Translations under genes and position numbers: made by a program
The notes under the pieces: generated by a model
Told to the model about the DNA's origin: nothing
Seen by the model: only the letters and a program-made list of their open reading frames with translations
Databases searched by the model: none
Source of the DNA: Steroidobacteraceae bacterium
GTDB taxonomy: Bacteria; Pseudomonadota; Gammaproteobacteria; Steroidobacterales; Steroidobacteraceae
Direction: 5' to 3'
DNA length: 33,763 nucleotides
NCBI GenBank assembly: GCA_049687855.1
Contig: JBAVJR010000182.1
Span: 1 to 33,763 of the forward strand
Shown here: one piece after another, positions 1 to 8,696 of the stretch
Layout: every line of letters begins with the position of its first letter
Position numbering within the stretch: the first letter of the stretch is position 1

Positions 1-2
1 TG

Positions 3-710
3 CGCATTCCGGTCGCGGACGGCGAAATCCCTGCATATCGCGCCATGCCCGCCAAGGGCAAGCACTTCCCGGTCGTGCTGGTCGTGCAGGAGATCTTCGG
101 TGTGCACGAGCACATCAAGGACGTCTGCCGGCGCTTCGCGAAGCAGGGTTACTGTGCCATCGCTCCTGAACTCTATGCGCGCCAGGGCGACGTCTCGAAG
201 ATCAGCGACTGGAAGCAGATCTTCGCGGAAGTCGTCAACAAGGTGCCCGACGCCCAGGTGATGTCCGATCTCGACGCGGCTGCTGCCTGGGCCGTCAAGT
301 CGAGCAAGGGCGACGAGCGCAAGCTTGCCATCACCGGGTTTTGCTGGGGCGGCCGCATCACCTGGCTCTATGCCGCGCACAACAGGGATCTGAAGGCCGG
401 CGTCGCCTGGTACGGCCGCCTCAAAGGCGAGGCAACAGAGCTGCAGCCGAAGTACCCGCTCGATGTCGTCGCCGAGATCGACGCGCCGGTGCTGGGCCTG
501 TACGGCGGCAAGGACCAGGGTATTCCGCTGGCTGACGTCGAGGCCATGCGTGCCGCACTCAAAGCGGAGGACAAGCCGTCGGAGATCGTGGTGTACCCCG
601 AAGCGGGCCACGCGTTCCTCGCGGACTATCGGCCGAGCTATCGAGCGGACGACGCGGCGGCCGGCTGGGCTGCGTGCCTCGCGTGGTTGCGCAAGCACGG
701 CGTGGATTGA
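3..710 (+). CDS. Dienelactone hydrolase family protein (carboxymethylenebutenolidase-like), 5' end truncated by the window edge
   Basis: The frame is open from base 3 ([40 protein letters not shown]...), so the ATG at 45 is probably internal. A G-x-C-x-G nucleophile elbow is present (ITGFCWGG). Length and layout are typical of DLH. Stop TGA at 708-710. Confidence 0.85.
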   Translation, partial: RIPVADGEIPAYRAMPAKGKHFPVVLVVQEIFGVHEHIKDVCRRFAKQGYCAIAPELYARQGDVSKISDWKQIFAEVVNKVPDAQVMSDLDAAAAWAVKSSKGDERKLAITGFCWGGRITWLYAAHNRDLKAGVAWYGRLKGEATELQPKYPLDVVAEIDAPVLGLYGGKDQGIPLADVEAMRAALKAEDKPSEIVVYPEAGHAFLADYRPSYRADDAAAGWAACLAWLRKHGVD

Positions 711-714
711 GGCG

Positions 715-3054
715 CTAGAACTTCCAGAGCACGCCGACCGAGGGCACGAGCGGCAGCCAATGCCGCAGTTCGCGGTCCAGCGTCGGCGTGCCATCGACGA
801 CGTCGTATTCAATGTCGGTGCAGCACGGGTTGCGCCTGTCGAATGCGTTGGTCACCTCGCCATGGACGGTCAATGTGCCGCGCGGCAGCGTCCATTCGTA
901 GCTCACGCGCGCGTCGACGGAACCGTAGTCGGCGTAGCGAGCCCCGTTGCGCTTGCCCTGCACCACGTTGCCTTGCGTATCGAGCGCGATCGGCGTGACA
1001 GGCCAGCCCGTGTGGAATTGCGCGGCGAGCGTCGCCTGCCACGGTCCGGACGACCAGAGCACGCCCGCGTTCAGGGTGTGCGTCTGGTCCCAGCTGCGTG
1101 TGACATCGCCACCGTCGACATCGTCGGTGACGCGGGACCACGCGTAACCGAACCAACCGCTCCACGCATCGACAGGTTTGCGGGTGAGCAGCAATTCGCC
1201 GCCCTCGGCCAGGGCCGATGACGGCGAGATGGCGACCCGGTCCCAGCGCAACTCGGGTGCCAGCGAGAGCGGGTCGTACAGGCTCTCGTAGCGCGTGCGC
1301 AGGTCATTGTAGCGCTTGCGGTAGGCCTCGACGCGCAGTGAATACCCGGGCGTCAGGTCCTGTTCGAGCCCGAGGATCAGGTGGTCCGCGCTCTGCGCAC
1401 GCGCGAACTCGTCGACGCCGTCCTCTACCGGCAGTTCCTCGATGCCCTGGTACTGCTGGTAACGGCCCCAGCTCGCCAGCAGGCGCGTACGGTCGCTGGC
1501 GCGCCACGCGAGATTCACGCGCGGCCCGAACTGGTCGTCGGAATCGGCGCCGTAGGTTTCCTCGTCCCAGCGCAGTCCGGCTTCGGCCGTGAGCGAGTCG
1601 GTCAGCTTGCCGCGCAACGTGTAGTACGCGGCGAAATGTTCGCCGGAGGGTTCCGGCTCGAGCGTGCGCGAAATGTCCTGCGCACCGGCGCCCGGGTAGG
1701 GATAGTCCGGCGCGAAGTCGACGCTGCCTGCGTAGTCGTAGGTGGCATCGAGCCTGCGCACGTCGATGCCGGCGCGCTGCAGCCAGCGGTCGGTCGTGTA
1801 GCTGGCATCGAGCTTGAGGCCCAGCACGTCATAGTCCCGCTCGTCGTCGACGGTGCCGACACGGCTGCCCGGTTCGAATACCTCGGCATTGCGCTCGGCA
1901 GATACGTCGGTGAACGACACCAGCGCCGTCGTGCTCAGTCGCTCGGACCAGCCATGCGTGAGCGTGCCCCAGACGTAGGCGTTCGAATACTCCGCGACCG
2001 CCTGCTCGGTGCCGGCCGAGTTCGTGATCTCGGCGTGATCGCTCGCGAGCAGCACGTGCAGACTGCCGCGTGTCGCGGGCGACCACTCGTAGTCGACGCG
2101 GCCGAATCCGTCGACGTATTTCGGTTCGCCGAGGTCCGAGTCCAGGATGCTCGCAACCTCGCCGAGATTGCTGCGGCGGACCGAGGCGAGCCACTGGCCG
2201 CGCCCGTCCGCGAACTTGTGCGAGGCGAGCGCGTTGGTGTGCATCAGGCTCAGGCCCAGCTCGTAATACGCAGCGGCCTCCGGCCTGAGCGAGCGCATGT
2301 CGATGATCGCGCTCATGCGGTCGCCGTACTCGGACGTGAATCCGCCCGCATAGACGTCGAGGCCATCGACGATCCGCTCGTCGAGCACGCTGGAGGGGCT
2401 CTGCAGCAGGCGGAGGTGAAACGGCTCGTAGAGCGGCAGCCCGTCCAGCAGGACTTGGGTTTCGTTGGCGTCGCCGCCGCGCATATGTGCGAGCCCGGCG
2501 AGCCCGTTGCTGGCGGCGCCCGGCAGGCGATGGACGGCCTTCAGCGCGTCCTCGGCCAGGCGTGGCAATGCCTCGAGTTCGTCCTGTGACAGGAAGGCAT
2601 GCACCTCCGGCACGTCGGAGGCAAGCGAATACCGGCTGGCCGTCACGACGACGTCAGCGATCAGTTCCTCGCGCGGATCGGTGGCGGGCAGCGGCCGCGC
2701 AGACGTGTCCTTCGATTCCTTTGCCGGGACGATCGAGTAAACGCGTCCCTCGATGCGCTGCAGTTTCAGTCCGAGCGGGGCGAGCACCTGCGCGATCGCC
2801 TCGAGCGCGGGCCCTGCCGTGAGTTCCGTGGCGACGGTCGCTGTCGCGGGAACGACGGCTGACGTGTAGACGAGCTGGACGTTGGCCACGGCGGCCAGCT
2901 CGTCGAGGACGGCATCGACGGAGCGTCCGCGATAAGGCGCAGCTGCCTGCACGGCGCTGACGCCCAGGCACGCAAGCAAGCCCACCGCGGCGCGGAGCGC
3001 GCGGTGCGGAGCGGTCGAAGCACGATGGGAAGGACGTGGCTGGCGGGTGGGCAT
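715..3054 (-). CDS. TonB-dependent outer-membrane receptor with an N-terminal STN signalling domain (FecA-type transducer)
   Basis: 779 aa with a signal peptide (..GLLACLGVSAVQAAAP). An N-terminal extension of about 80 aa resembling an STN domain (VDAVLDELAAVANVQLVY...RVYSIVP) precedes the plug region (ADVVVTASRY..., LRVLPG-like HRLPGAASNG, GGDANETQVLLDGLPLYEPFH). The beta-barrel end is a terminal aromatic residue (..VGVLWKF). Confidence 0.9.
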   Translation of the reverse strand: MPTRQPRPSHRASTAPHRALRAAVGLLACLGVSAVQAAAPYRGRSVDAVLDELAAVANVQLVYTSAVVPATATVATELTAGPALEAIAQVLAPLGLKLQRIEGRVYSIVPAKESKDTSARPLPATDPREELIADVVVTASRYSLASDVPEVHAFLSQDELEALPRLAEDALKAVHRLPGAASNGLAGLAHMRGGDANETQVLLDGLPLYEPFHLRLLQSPSSVLDERIVDGLDVYAGGFTSEYGDRMSAIIDMRSLRPEAAAYYELGLSLMHTNALASHKFADGRGQWLASVRRSNLGEVASILDSDLGEPKYVDGFGRVDYEWSPATRGSLHVLLASDHAEITNSAGTEQAVAEYSNAYVWGTLTHGWSERLSTTALVSFTDVSAERNAEVFEPGSRVGTVDDERDYDVLGLKLDASYTTDRWLQRAGIDVRRLDATYDYAGSVDFAPDYPYPGAGAQDISRTLEPEPSGEHFAAYYTLRGKLTDSLTAEAGLRWDEETYGADSDDQFGPRVNLAWRASDRTRLLASWGRYQQYQGIEELPVEDGVDEFARAQSADHLILGLEQDLTPGYSLRVEAYRKRYNDLRTRYESLYDPLSLAPELRWDRVAISPSSALAEGGELLLTRKPVDAWSGWFGYAWSRVTDDVDGGDVTRSWDQTHTLNAGVLWSSGPWQATLAAQFHTGWPVTPIALDTQGNVVQGKRNGARYADYGSVDARVSYEWTLPRGTLTVHGEVTNAFDRRNPCCTDIEYDVVDGTPTLDRELRHWLPLVPSVGVLWKF

Positions 3055-3134
3055 AGCTCTGCCCGAGTCGCCGCAGCGGCCGGACGCCGTGATGGTAGCC
3101 GAGTGCCGCCGACCCGCCTACCGTGGCATGCCGT

Positions 3135-4157
3135 TCAGCGGTTGGCACGCTCCACGCGAATCTGCCCACCTGCGATCTGTTGCCGCAGCCCCGGCTCCGA
3201 GGCGAATACGGCGGCGATCGCAGCTTCGGGCGCGAGGCCCGCTATCGATCCTTTCAGCTGCGTCGATTCGGCTTCAAGCGCGGCATCGGCCGAGGTATAG
3301 ACGATCTTGCGGCCCGTTTCGCGGCCTGCCCACGTGAGGAATTCGTCGAGCGAGCGTCCTGCGATGGAAAATTCGGGCGCGACGGACTCGGCCCAGCGCC
3401 ACGATTCGCCATACACGTCGAGCTGCCTGCGGCTCACCGCGCCATCGCGCGCGATCGTCAACGACTCACCGGCGCGAGCTAACGCGGGCATCTGGCCCTT
3501 GTCGATCGCAACGCTGCCTTCGCGCACGGCCACCTGCAGCATGTCGTCCCGGATCGAAGCGACGTATTGCGTGCCGAGGTGCCGCACGTCGCCGTAGGGC
3601 GTGCCGATCACGAACGCGGCATTGCCCGAGCCCGGTGCGCCCGCGTCGACGTAGACACTTCCCGTCGCGAGCGACGCGCGGTTGTCATTGTTGAATGCGA
3701 GTTGCGTGGCCGTATTGAGACGCACTCCGAGACCGTCAGGGCGACGCAACGCCACCCGGCCGGCAGCCTCCGTGCGGATTTCATCGCTGGCGGTGATGCT
3801 TGAACCCGCCGTCAGGGGCTGCCACGCGCCGTCGGCCGAATGACGAACGGCAGCCGCGCCGGAGACGCGGGCAACGGTGGCCACCGGGTCGCCCGCACCA
3901 ATCCACCGCGGCAACGCGATGCCAACCGCGATTGCGACCGTTGCGACCGACGCTGCCATCGCCATCCAGGGCTGCACGACGCGACGCCTCGCTGGTTGAC
4001 GGGCCGCGACCGTTGCGCGCCATTCAGCAGCAACCCTGGCGCGCACTTCAGCCGCGACATCCGCTGGCGGCTGCACGCGCGGACCGACTGCGCGCAGCAA
4101 AGCCGCGAGATCGGCGTCGTCGCCAGGTTGCCCGTGATTCTGTTCGTGATCGTTCAT
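3135..4157 (-). CDS. FecR-family transmembrane anti-sigma factor / sigma regulator
   Basis: The tracked ORF (3135..4457) overlaps the sigma gene in another frame. The internal ATG at 4155-4157 (MNDHEQNHGQ...) lies 10 nt after the sigma stop. Layout is a short cytoplasmic N-terminus, one TM segment (WMAMAASVATVAIAVGIAL), then a periplasmic FecR-like domain and C-terminal region (..FLTWAGRETGRKIVYTS..). Confidence 0.8.
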   Translation of the reverse strand: MNDHEQNHGQPGDDADLAALLRAVGPRVQPPADVAAEVRARVAAEWRATVAARQPARRRVVQPWMAMAASVATVAIAVGIALPRWIGAGDPVATVARVSGAAAVRHSADGAWQPLTAGSSITASDEIRTEAAGRVALRRPDGLGVRLNTATQLAFNNDNRASLATGSVYVDAGAPGSGNAAFVIGTPYGDVRHLGTQYVASIRDDMLQVAVREGSVAIDKGQMPALARAGESLTIARDGAVSRRQLDVYGESWRWAESVAPEFSIAGRSLDEFLTWAGRETGRKIVYTSADAALEAESTQLKGSIAGLAPEAAIAAVFASEPGLRQQIAGGQIRVERANR

Positions 4158-4167
4158 CGTTTCGTTC

Positions 4168-4791
4168 TCATGCCTCGAGGCTGGCGAGCACGTCGCCTGC
4201 CGACGCGCCGAACACGGCCTCCACCCCTTCCCTGAAAGCGATCCGGGCCCTTGCCAGCAGCGACTGCGCCGCCGTCTGGCCGATACCCAGCCGCTCGCCG
4301 ATCTCCTCGACCGAGCGGCCTTCGACGTATTTCCATTCCAGCGCTTCGCCGTACCGGCTGGGCAGCCGGTCGAGCACCGCGTGCACCAGGCGACCGAGCT
4401 CTGCGCGATCCGCGCCGTGCAGCGGGTCGTCGGTCGATGGCGCCGCAATGGACTCAAGCGCGGCCCGGACTTCCTCGCTGTCGTCGATCAGGGCGACCCT
4501 GGAGGAATAGCGACGCTCGCTGCGCACGTGATCGGCGATCTGCCGCCGGCAGATCTGGCACAGCCAGGTAAACAGCGCTGCCTCGCCGCGCCAGTCCCCG
4601 ACCGCGCGCATCGCCCGGATCAGCGTGGCCTGCACGACGTCCTTGGTGGCGTCGGCGTTGCGGTTCATGCGCGGCAGGGCAAAGCGGTAAACGCGCGGGA
4701 AATACGTCTCGAAGAAGGTCGTGAACGCGCGCTCGTCGCCGGCGAGCATCGCTGCGACCAGTTCGCGTTCTTCCTTCATCGGTCCGCCCAT
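4168..4791 (-). CDS. ECF (sigma-70 family, group 4) RNA polymerase sigma factor, FecI-like context
   Basis: A sigma region 2-like stretch is present (ERAFTTFFETYFPRVYRFALPRMNRNADATKDVVQATL...FTWLCQICRRQIADHVR), as is a region 4 HTH (LPSRYGEALEWKYVEGRSVEEIGERLGIGQTAAQSLLARAR). The true start may be the ATG at 4779 (MKEERE), which has GGCGGA a few nt upstream. The gene is immediately followed by the FecR and TonB-receptor genes. Confidence 0.88.
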   Translation of the reverse strand: MGGPMKEERELVAAMLAGDERAFTTFFETYFPRVYRFALPRMNRNADATKDVVQATLIRAMRAVGDWRGEAALFTWLCQICRRQIADHVRSERRYSSRVALIDDSEEVRAALESIAAPSTDDPLHGADRAELGRLVHAVLDRLPSRYGEALEWKYVEGRSVEEIGERLGIGQTAAQSLLARARIAFREGVEAVFGASAGDVLASLEA

Positions 4792-4994
4792 CGTTGCATG
4801 CGAGTAAGACGCGCCCGCGGCTGCAAATCAATCGCAGCTCGCCAATGGTCGTGGCCGGAAACCCTAGTGCATTGAAAGTAAACGGTTTTTACTGAATGCG
4901 ATTGATTTCCACGGCCACCGGCGTCTTACCGCCGTCCACGCAGCAAGGCAGGCTGCGACAACCCCCGGGAGCCGACTTGGAAGCCACCAACCTC
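4792..4994. promoter_or_regulatory. Divergent intergenic control region between the ECF sigma gene and the plus-strand five-gene operon
   Basis: This is the only conspicuously AT-rich stretch of the window (attgaaagtaaacggtttttactgaatgcgattgatttcc). It carries the inverted repeat listed separately. I could not identify a convincing -35/-10 pair by eye. Confidence 0.5.
4825..4908. repeat. Perfect 12-bp inverted repeat AAATCAATCGCA (4825-4836) / TGCGATTGATTT (4897-4908), arms 60 bp apart
   Basis: Read directly from the sequence: the two arms are exact reverse complements. One arm is proximal to the sigma gene and the other to the plus-strand operon. Each arm contains the tandem tetramer AATCAATC. 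Confidence 0.8.
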
Positions 4995-5669
4995 ATGATC
5001 GAAGCCCCGCGCAAGATGACGCTGCAGCAGCGGGCGGCCGACGAGCTGCGCACGCCGGGAGACAGGCTGCACCTGCACCCGGTTCGTGCCGGCGAAGCGG
5101 GCCGCGACGACCTCGAGGCCTATGTCCGCACCCGGTTCGCCGCCAAGCACGGCGCCGAAGTCCGTACGTTCATGCCCACGCTCATCTCGTTCCGTGACCG
5201 CCAGGGTGAGCTGCGCGGTGTCGCGGGCATCCGCGGTGCAGAAGAGAGTCGCCTGTACCTCGAGCAGTACCTCGACCGACCCATCGAAGAACGACTGGCG
5301 GCAGGGCTGCGTTCGCTTCCGGTCGATCGCGGCGGCGCGCGCGCTGTTCGGCGCGACGAAATCGTCGAAGTCGGCAACCTTGCCGGTGCCAGCTGTCGCG
5401 CCGCGGTGCGCATGGTGGCGCAGCTGCCTGTGTTCCTGATGAGCCAACGCTACTCGTGGATCGTCTTTACGGCCACCGGCGCGCTGCGCCAGATTCTCGA
5501 AGGCTTCGGCGCGCCGCTGATCGAGCTTGGCCGTGCCGATCCGTCGAGCGTCGCCACCGCGGCGGACTCCTGGGGCCGCTACTACGAGACCGATCCGCGC
5601 GTGTTTGCCGGTTACCTGCCCGATGCCGATCGGCTCGCCGGCTTTGCGCACAGGACGCCGGGTCACTGA
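4995..5669 (+). CDS. Thermostable-hemolysin family (T_hemolysin, GNAT-like fold) protein, putative acyltransferase
   Basis: The translation (..LHLHPVRAGEAGRDDLEAYVRTRFAAKHGAEVRTFMPTLISFRD..GELRGVAGIRGA..LYLEQYLDRPIEE..IVEVGNLAG..WIVFTATGALRQILEGFGAPLIELGRAD..WGRYYETDPRVFAGYL) matches my recollection of this roughly 200-230 aa family. The tracked ATG at 4896 lies inside the inverted repeat, so the ATG at 4995 (GGAAG upstream) is preferred. The stop overlaps the next start (TGATG at 5667-5671). Confidence 0.72.
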   Translation: MIEAPRKMTLQQRAADELRTPGDRLHLHPVRAGEAGRDDLEAYVRTRFAAKHGAEVRTFMPTLISFRDRQGELRGVAGIRGAEESRLYLEQYLDRPIEERLAAGLRSLPVDRGGARAVRRDEIVEVGNLAGASCRAAVRMVAQLPVFLMSQRYSWIVFTATGALRQILEGFGAPLIELGRADPSSVATAADSWGRYYETDPRVFAGYLPDADRLAGFAHRTPGH

Positions 5670-7150
5670 TGCTGCTGGATGCGCTGCGCTCCGCGCCTCC
5701 GGGCGCAATCGCTCTCGTCGACGGGCGACGCACGATTTCCTATGGCACCCTGCAGTCGCTGATCGAACGCGAGATCGAGTGGCTGCGACAGGGCGGCGCT
5801 GAGCGTCACGCCGTGCTGGCGGACAACGGCGTGCCGTGGGCGCTTGCCGACCTCGCGCTGCACGTCGGGGAAATGCTCTCGGTGCCGCTGCCGGGTTCCT
5901 TCACGCCCGCGCAGATGATCCATGCGCTCGACGATGCAGGAGTCGATGCGGTCCTCACCGATGACGACGCGCGCGCGCAGGCGCTCCTGCAGGGCTGGCG
6001 GATGGACGGCACCTCGCCGGTCTCTGGTCTGCACCGGTTCCGTCGGCAGCTCGACCTCGCGAGCCGGGCCGTTGCGCCTGCGGGCACGCGCAAGATTACA
6101 TACACCTCGGGCAGCACCTCGCACCCGAAGGGTGTGTGCCTCTCGGGCCCTGCGCTCGAGGCCATAGCGGAGTCCGTGACCTGCGCCACGCGCGAACTTC
6201 CTATCGATCGCCACCTCTGCATCCTGCCGCTCGCAACGTTGCTCGAAAACGTCGCGGGCCTGTACGCGCCCTTGTTGCGTGGCACAACGTGCATCGTGCC
6301 GCCGAGTACGGTCACGGGCATGAGCTACGGCGGCGTGGATGCGACCCGGTTGCTCGGGACGTTGTCGCGCGAGCAGCCCAACAGCCTGATCCTCGTGCCC
6401 GAACTGCTGCAGGTGCTGGTCTTCGCCGCCGAGCGTGGCTGGCAGCCGCCTGCCTCGCTGCAATTCGTTGCCGTGGGCGGCGCGAAGGTCTCGCGCGAGT
6501 TGCTCGCACGGGCTGACGCCGTCGGCATCCCTGTCTATGAAGGTTACGGTCTCAGCGAGTGCGCGTCGGTCGTTTGCCTTAACACGCCGGCAGCACGTCG
6601 CGCAGGTACCGTCGGCCGTCCATTGCCGCACGTGCGCGTGCGTGTCGATGCCTCCGGGCAAGTGCATGTCGCCGGCAACGCCATGCTTGGCTACCTTGGC
6701 GATGCGCCGCGCGCGCCGCTCGATGAAATCGCGACCGGTGACCTTGGGGTTCTTGATGCCGACGGGTACCTCCAGCTGCACGGTCGCATCGGCAATCGGT
6801 TCATCACCAGTTTTGGCCGCAATGTGTCGCCGGAATGGGTCGAGTGCGAAATCTCGCAGCGCCTCGCTGGCGGGCCGGTGCTGGTCTATGGTGAGTCACG
6901 GCCATACGCCGTTGCGCTCGTTGGAGCGTCCGCACAAGAAGCTCCCGACGCTGTCGTCGAAGCCGCCATCGACGCGGCGAATGCCGCACTGCCGAACTAC
7001 GCGCAGGTGCGCCACTGGGCGCGCGCCCCCGGTTCTTTCACGTCTGCCGACGGCACGCTGACGGCGAACGGTCGCCTGCGCCGCCAGGAAATTCATGCAC
7101 GTCTCGGTGCGCTGCTCGATGACCTCTATCGTGCAGAACTCGCATCCTGA
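5669..7150 (+). CDS. AMP-dependent synthetase/ligase (ANL adenylate-forming enzyme), stand-alone
   Basis: ANL core motifs are present: ITYTSGSTSHPKGV (A3), EGYGLSECASV (A5), ATGDLGVLDADGYLQLHGRIGNRFI (A7/A8). The start ATG at 5669 overlaps the upstream stop. The 5' part of the tracked ORF (5456-5668) is the out-of-frame tail of the preceding gene. Confidence 0.9.
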   Translation: MLLDALRSAPPGAIALVDGRRTISYGTLQSLIEREIEWLRQGGAERHAVLADNGVPWALADLALHVGEMLSVPLPGSFTPAQMIHALDDAGVDAVLTDDDARAQALLQGWRMDGTSPVSGLHRFRRQLDLASRAVAPAGTRKITYTSGSTSHPKGVCLSGPALEAIAESVTCATRELPIDRHLCILPLATLLENVAGLYAPLLRGTTCIVPPSTVTGMSYGGVDATRLLGTLSREQPNSLILVPELLQVLVFAAERGWQPPASLQFVAVGGAKVSRELLARADAVGIPVYEGYGLSECASVVCLNTPAARRAGTVGRPLPHVRVRVDASGQVHVAGNAMLGYLGDAPRAPLDEIATGDLGVLDADGYLQLHGRIGNRFITSFGRNVSPEWVECEISQRLAGGPVLVYGESRPYAVALVGASAQEAPDAVVEAAIDAANAALPNYAQVRHWARAPGSFTSADGTLTANGRLRRQEIHARLGALLDDLYRAELAS

Positions 7151-7170
7151 CCCATTTACGGAACCCATAG

Positions 7171-7863
7171 ATGCACCTGTACGAACAACTGCAGCGCGAC
7201 ACCGTCGCCGACCGTAACTATCTGCTGGCTGCTCCCGCGATCCAGCGCTCGCTCGCTGGCGACATTACCCGCGAGCTGTACATCGAGTTCCTGACGCAGG
7301 CCTACCATCACGTGCGTCATACCGTGCCGCTGATGATGGCCGTCGGCGCCCGCATCCCTGCGCGCTGCGCGTGGCTCCAGGAATCGATCCTGCACTACCT
7401 CGACGAGGAGCGGGGCCACGAGCAGTGGATCCTCAACGACATCGAGCATGCAGGCGGCGACCGCGCGGCCGCGGCGGCCTCGCAGCCGTCGCTCGCGACG
7501 GAATGCATGGTCGCGTACGCCTACGACACGATCCAGCGTCGCAACCCGCTCGGCTTCTTCGGCATGGTGTTCGTGCTCGAAGGGACCAGTGTCGCGCTGG
7601 CGCTCAACGCCGCCGACCGGATCAAGTCGACGCTGCAGCTGCCGACGCAGGCGTTCAGCTACCTGCGCAGTCATGGCGAGCTGGACCAGGAGCATGTCGG
7701 CGACCTCGAGAGCATTCTTGGCCGCCTGACGGACGCAGAAGATCGCGAGGCGGTCATCCGTTGCGCGAAGGGCGTGTTCTGGCTCTACGGCAACATGTTC
7801 CGGGGTCTCGAGGCCGACGTCGCCGCGAAGCGGGACGCTGCGCCGGTGAGGCTCAGCGCATGA
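7171..7863 (+). CDS. Heme-oxygenase-like diiron (HDO) / iron-containing redox enzyme family protein (TenA/PqqC/CADD-like fold)
   Basis: 230 aa and helical. The candidate ligand set has HDO-type spacing: E80-x2-H83 (DEERGHEQW), E137 (FVLEGTS), H168-x3-D172-x2-H175 (SHGELDQEH). Confidence 0.75.
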   Translation: MHLYEQLQRDTVADRNYLLAAPAIQRSLAGDITRELYIEFLTQAYHHVRHTVPLMMAVGARIPARCAWLQESILHYLDEERGHEQWILNDIEHAGGDRAAAAASQPSLATECMVAYAYDTIQRRNPLGFFGMVFVLEGTSVALALNAADRIKSTLQLPTQAFSYLRSHGELDQEHVGDLESILGRLTDAEDREAVIRCAKGVFWLYGNMFRGLEADVAAKRDAAPVRLSA

Positions 7864-8687
7864 AAGCCGCAGGGATGCGAGCGTTGATCACCGGTGCCAG
7901 CGGCGGCATCGGCCGCGCGCTGGCGCAGGAACTGCATGGCCGCGGTGCGAGCGTGCTGCTCGTGGGCCGGAATGAGCAGGCGCTTGCACGCGCGGCTCAG
8001 GAACTCGGCGGCCGTGCGGCGCGCGTCGACTGGTGTGCGGCCGATCTTGCGACAGCCGGCGGGCGCGCACGAGTGGTCGAAGCTGCGAGTCGCTGGGGCG
8101 GGAGCGGCATCAACGTGCTGGTCAACAACGCGGGTCTCGGCGATTTCGGCATGCTCGACGAACTCGACGATGCAGCGATCGAGCGGCTGTTTGCGATCAA
8201 CGCCATCGCGCCCATGCAGCTCACGCGGGCGCTCCTGCCGCAGCTGCGCTCGCAACCAATGGGCGCGATCCTCAATATCGGTTCGGTGTTCGGCAGCCTC
8301 GGCTATCCCGGGTTCACCGCGTACTCAGCCACGAAGTTCGCACTGCGCGGCTTCACCGAAGCATTGCGACGCGAGCTGGCCGACTCGACGATCGGCGTGC
8401 ACTACTTTGCGCCGCGCGCGACGAAGACCGGCATGAACGCATCGGCCGTCGACCGCATGAACGTCGAGCTGAAGGTTGCAATGGATCCGCCCGCCCAGGT
8501 GGCAGCGGCTGCCTGCGCCATGCTCGAGGCCGGCAAGACCAGCGCCGTCTTCGGCTGGCCCGAGAGACTGTTCGTCCGCCTCAACGCGCTGCTGCCGGGA
8601 GTCGTCGACGGCTCGCTCCGCAAGCAGCTTCCCGTCATCCGCCGACACGCTGCAGCCGCCGTCGCTGCGCGTGCGGCACAGTCCTGA
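7860..8687 (+). CDS. Short-chain dehydrogenase/reductase (classical SDR)
   Basis: The start ATG at 7860 overlaps the HDO stop (ATGA). SDR motifs are present: TGASGGIGRALA (TGxxxGxG), NNAG (LVNNAGLG), catalytic S...YSATK (YxxxK). The tracked ORF start at 7371 is an out-of-frame overlap with the HDO gene. Confidence 0.9.
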   Translation: MKAAGMRALITGASGGIGRALAQELHGRGASVLLVGRNEQALARAAQELGGRAARVDWCAADLATAGGRARVVEAASRWGGSGINVLVNNAGLGDFGMLDELDDAAIERLFAINAIAPMQLTRALLPQLRSQPMGAILNIGSVFGSLGYPGFTAYSATKFALRGFTEALRRELADSTIGVHYFAPRATKTGMNASAVDRMNVELKVAMDPPAQVAAAACAMLEAGKTSAVFGWPERLFVRLNALLPGVVDGSLRKQLPVIRRHAAAAVAARAAQS

Positions 8688-8696
8688 GGAGAAACC

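Noticed and set aside
4857-4885. ECF-type promoter (GGAAAC as -35) upstream of the plus-strand operon.
   Set aside because: No CGTC-like -10 element lies at the expected 16-17 nt spacing. CGTC motifs further downstream lack a matching -35. This cannot be supported without a transcription start site or a sigma-specific motif model.
4891-4909. Possible Fur box (ACTGAATGCGATTGATTTC) in the divergent promoter.
   Set aside because: Only about 11 of 19 positions match the GATAATGATAATCATTATC consensus by eye, which is too weak to call. The region is reported only as an inverted repeat of unknown function.
4995-5669. Interpreting the thermostable-hemolysin-family gene as a pore-forming toxin.
   Set aside because: The product has no signal peptide and no amphipathic or TM toxin features. 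It is translationally coupled to an adenylating enzyme, which fits an enzymatic (acyltransferase-like) role better than a secreted cytolysin.
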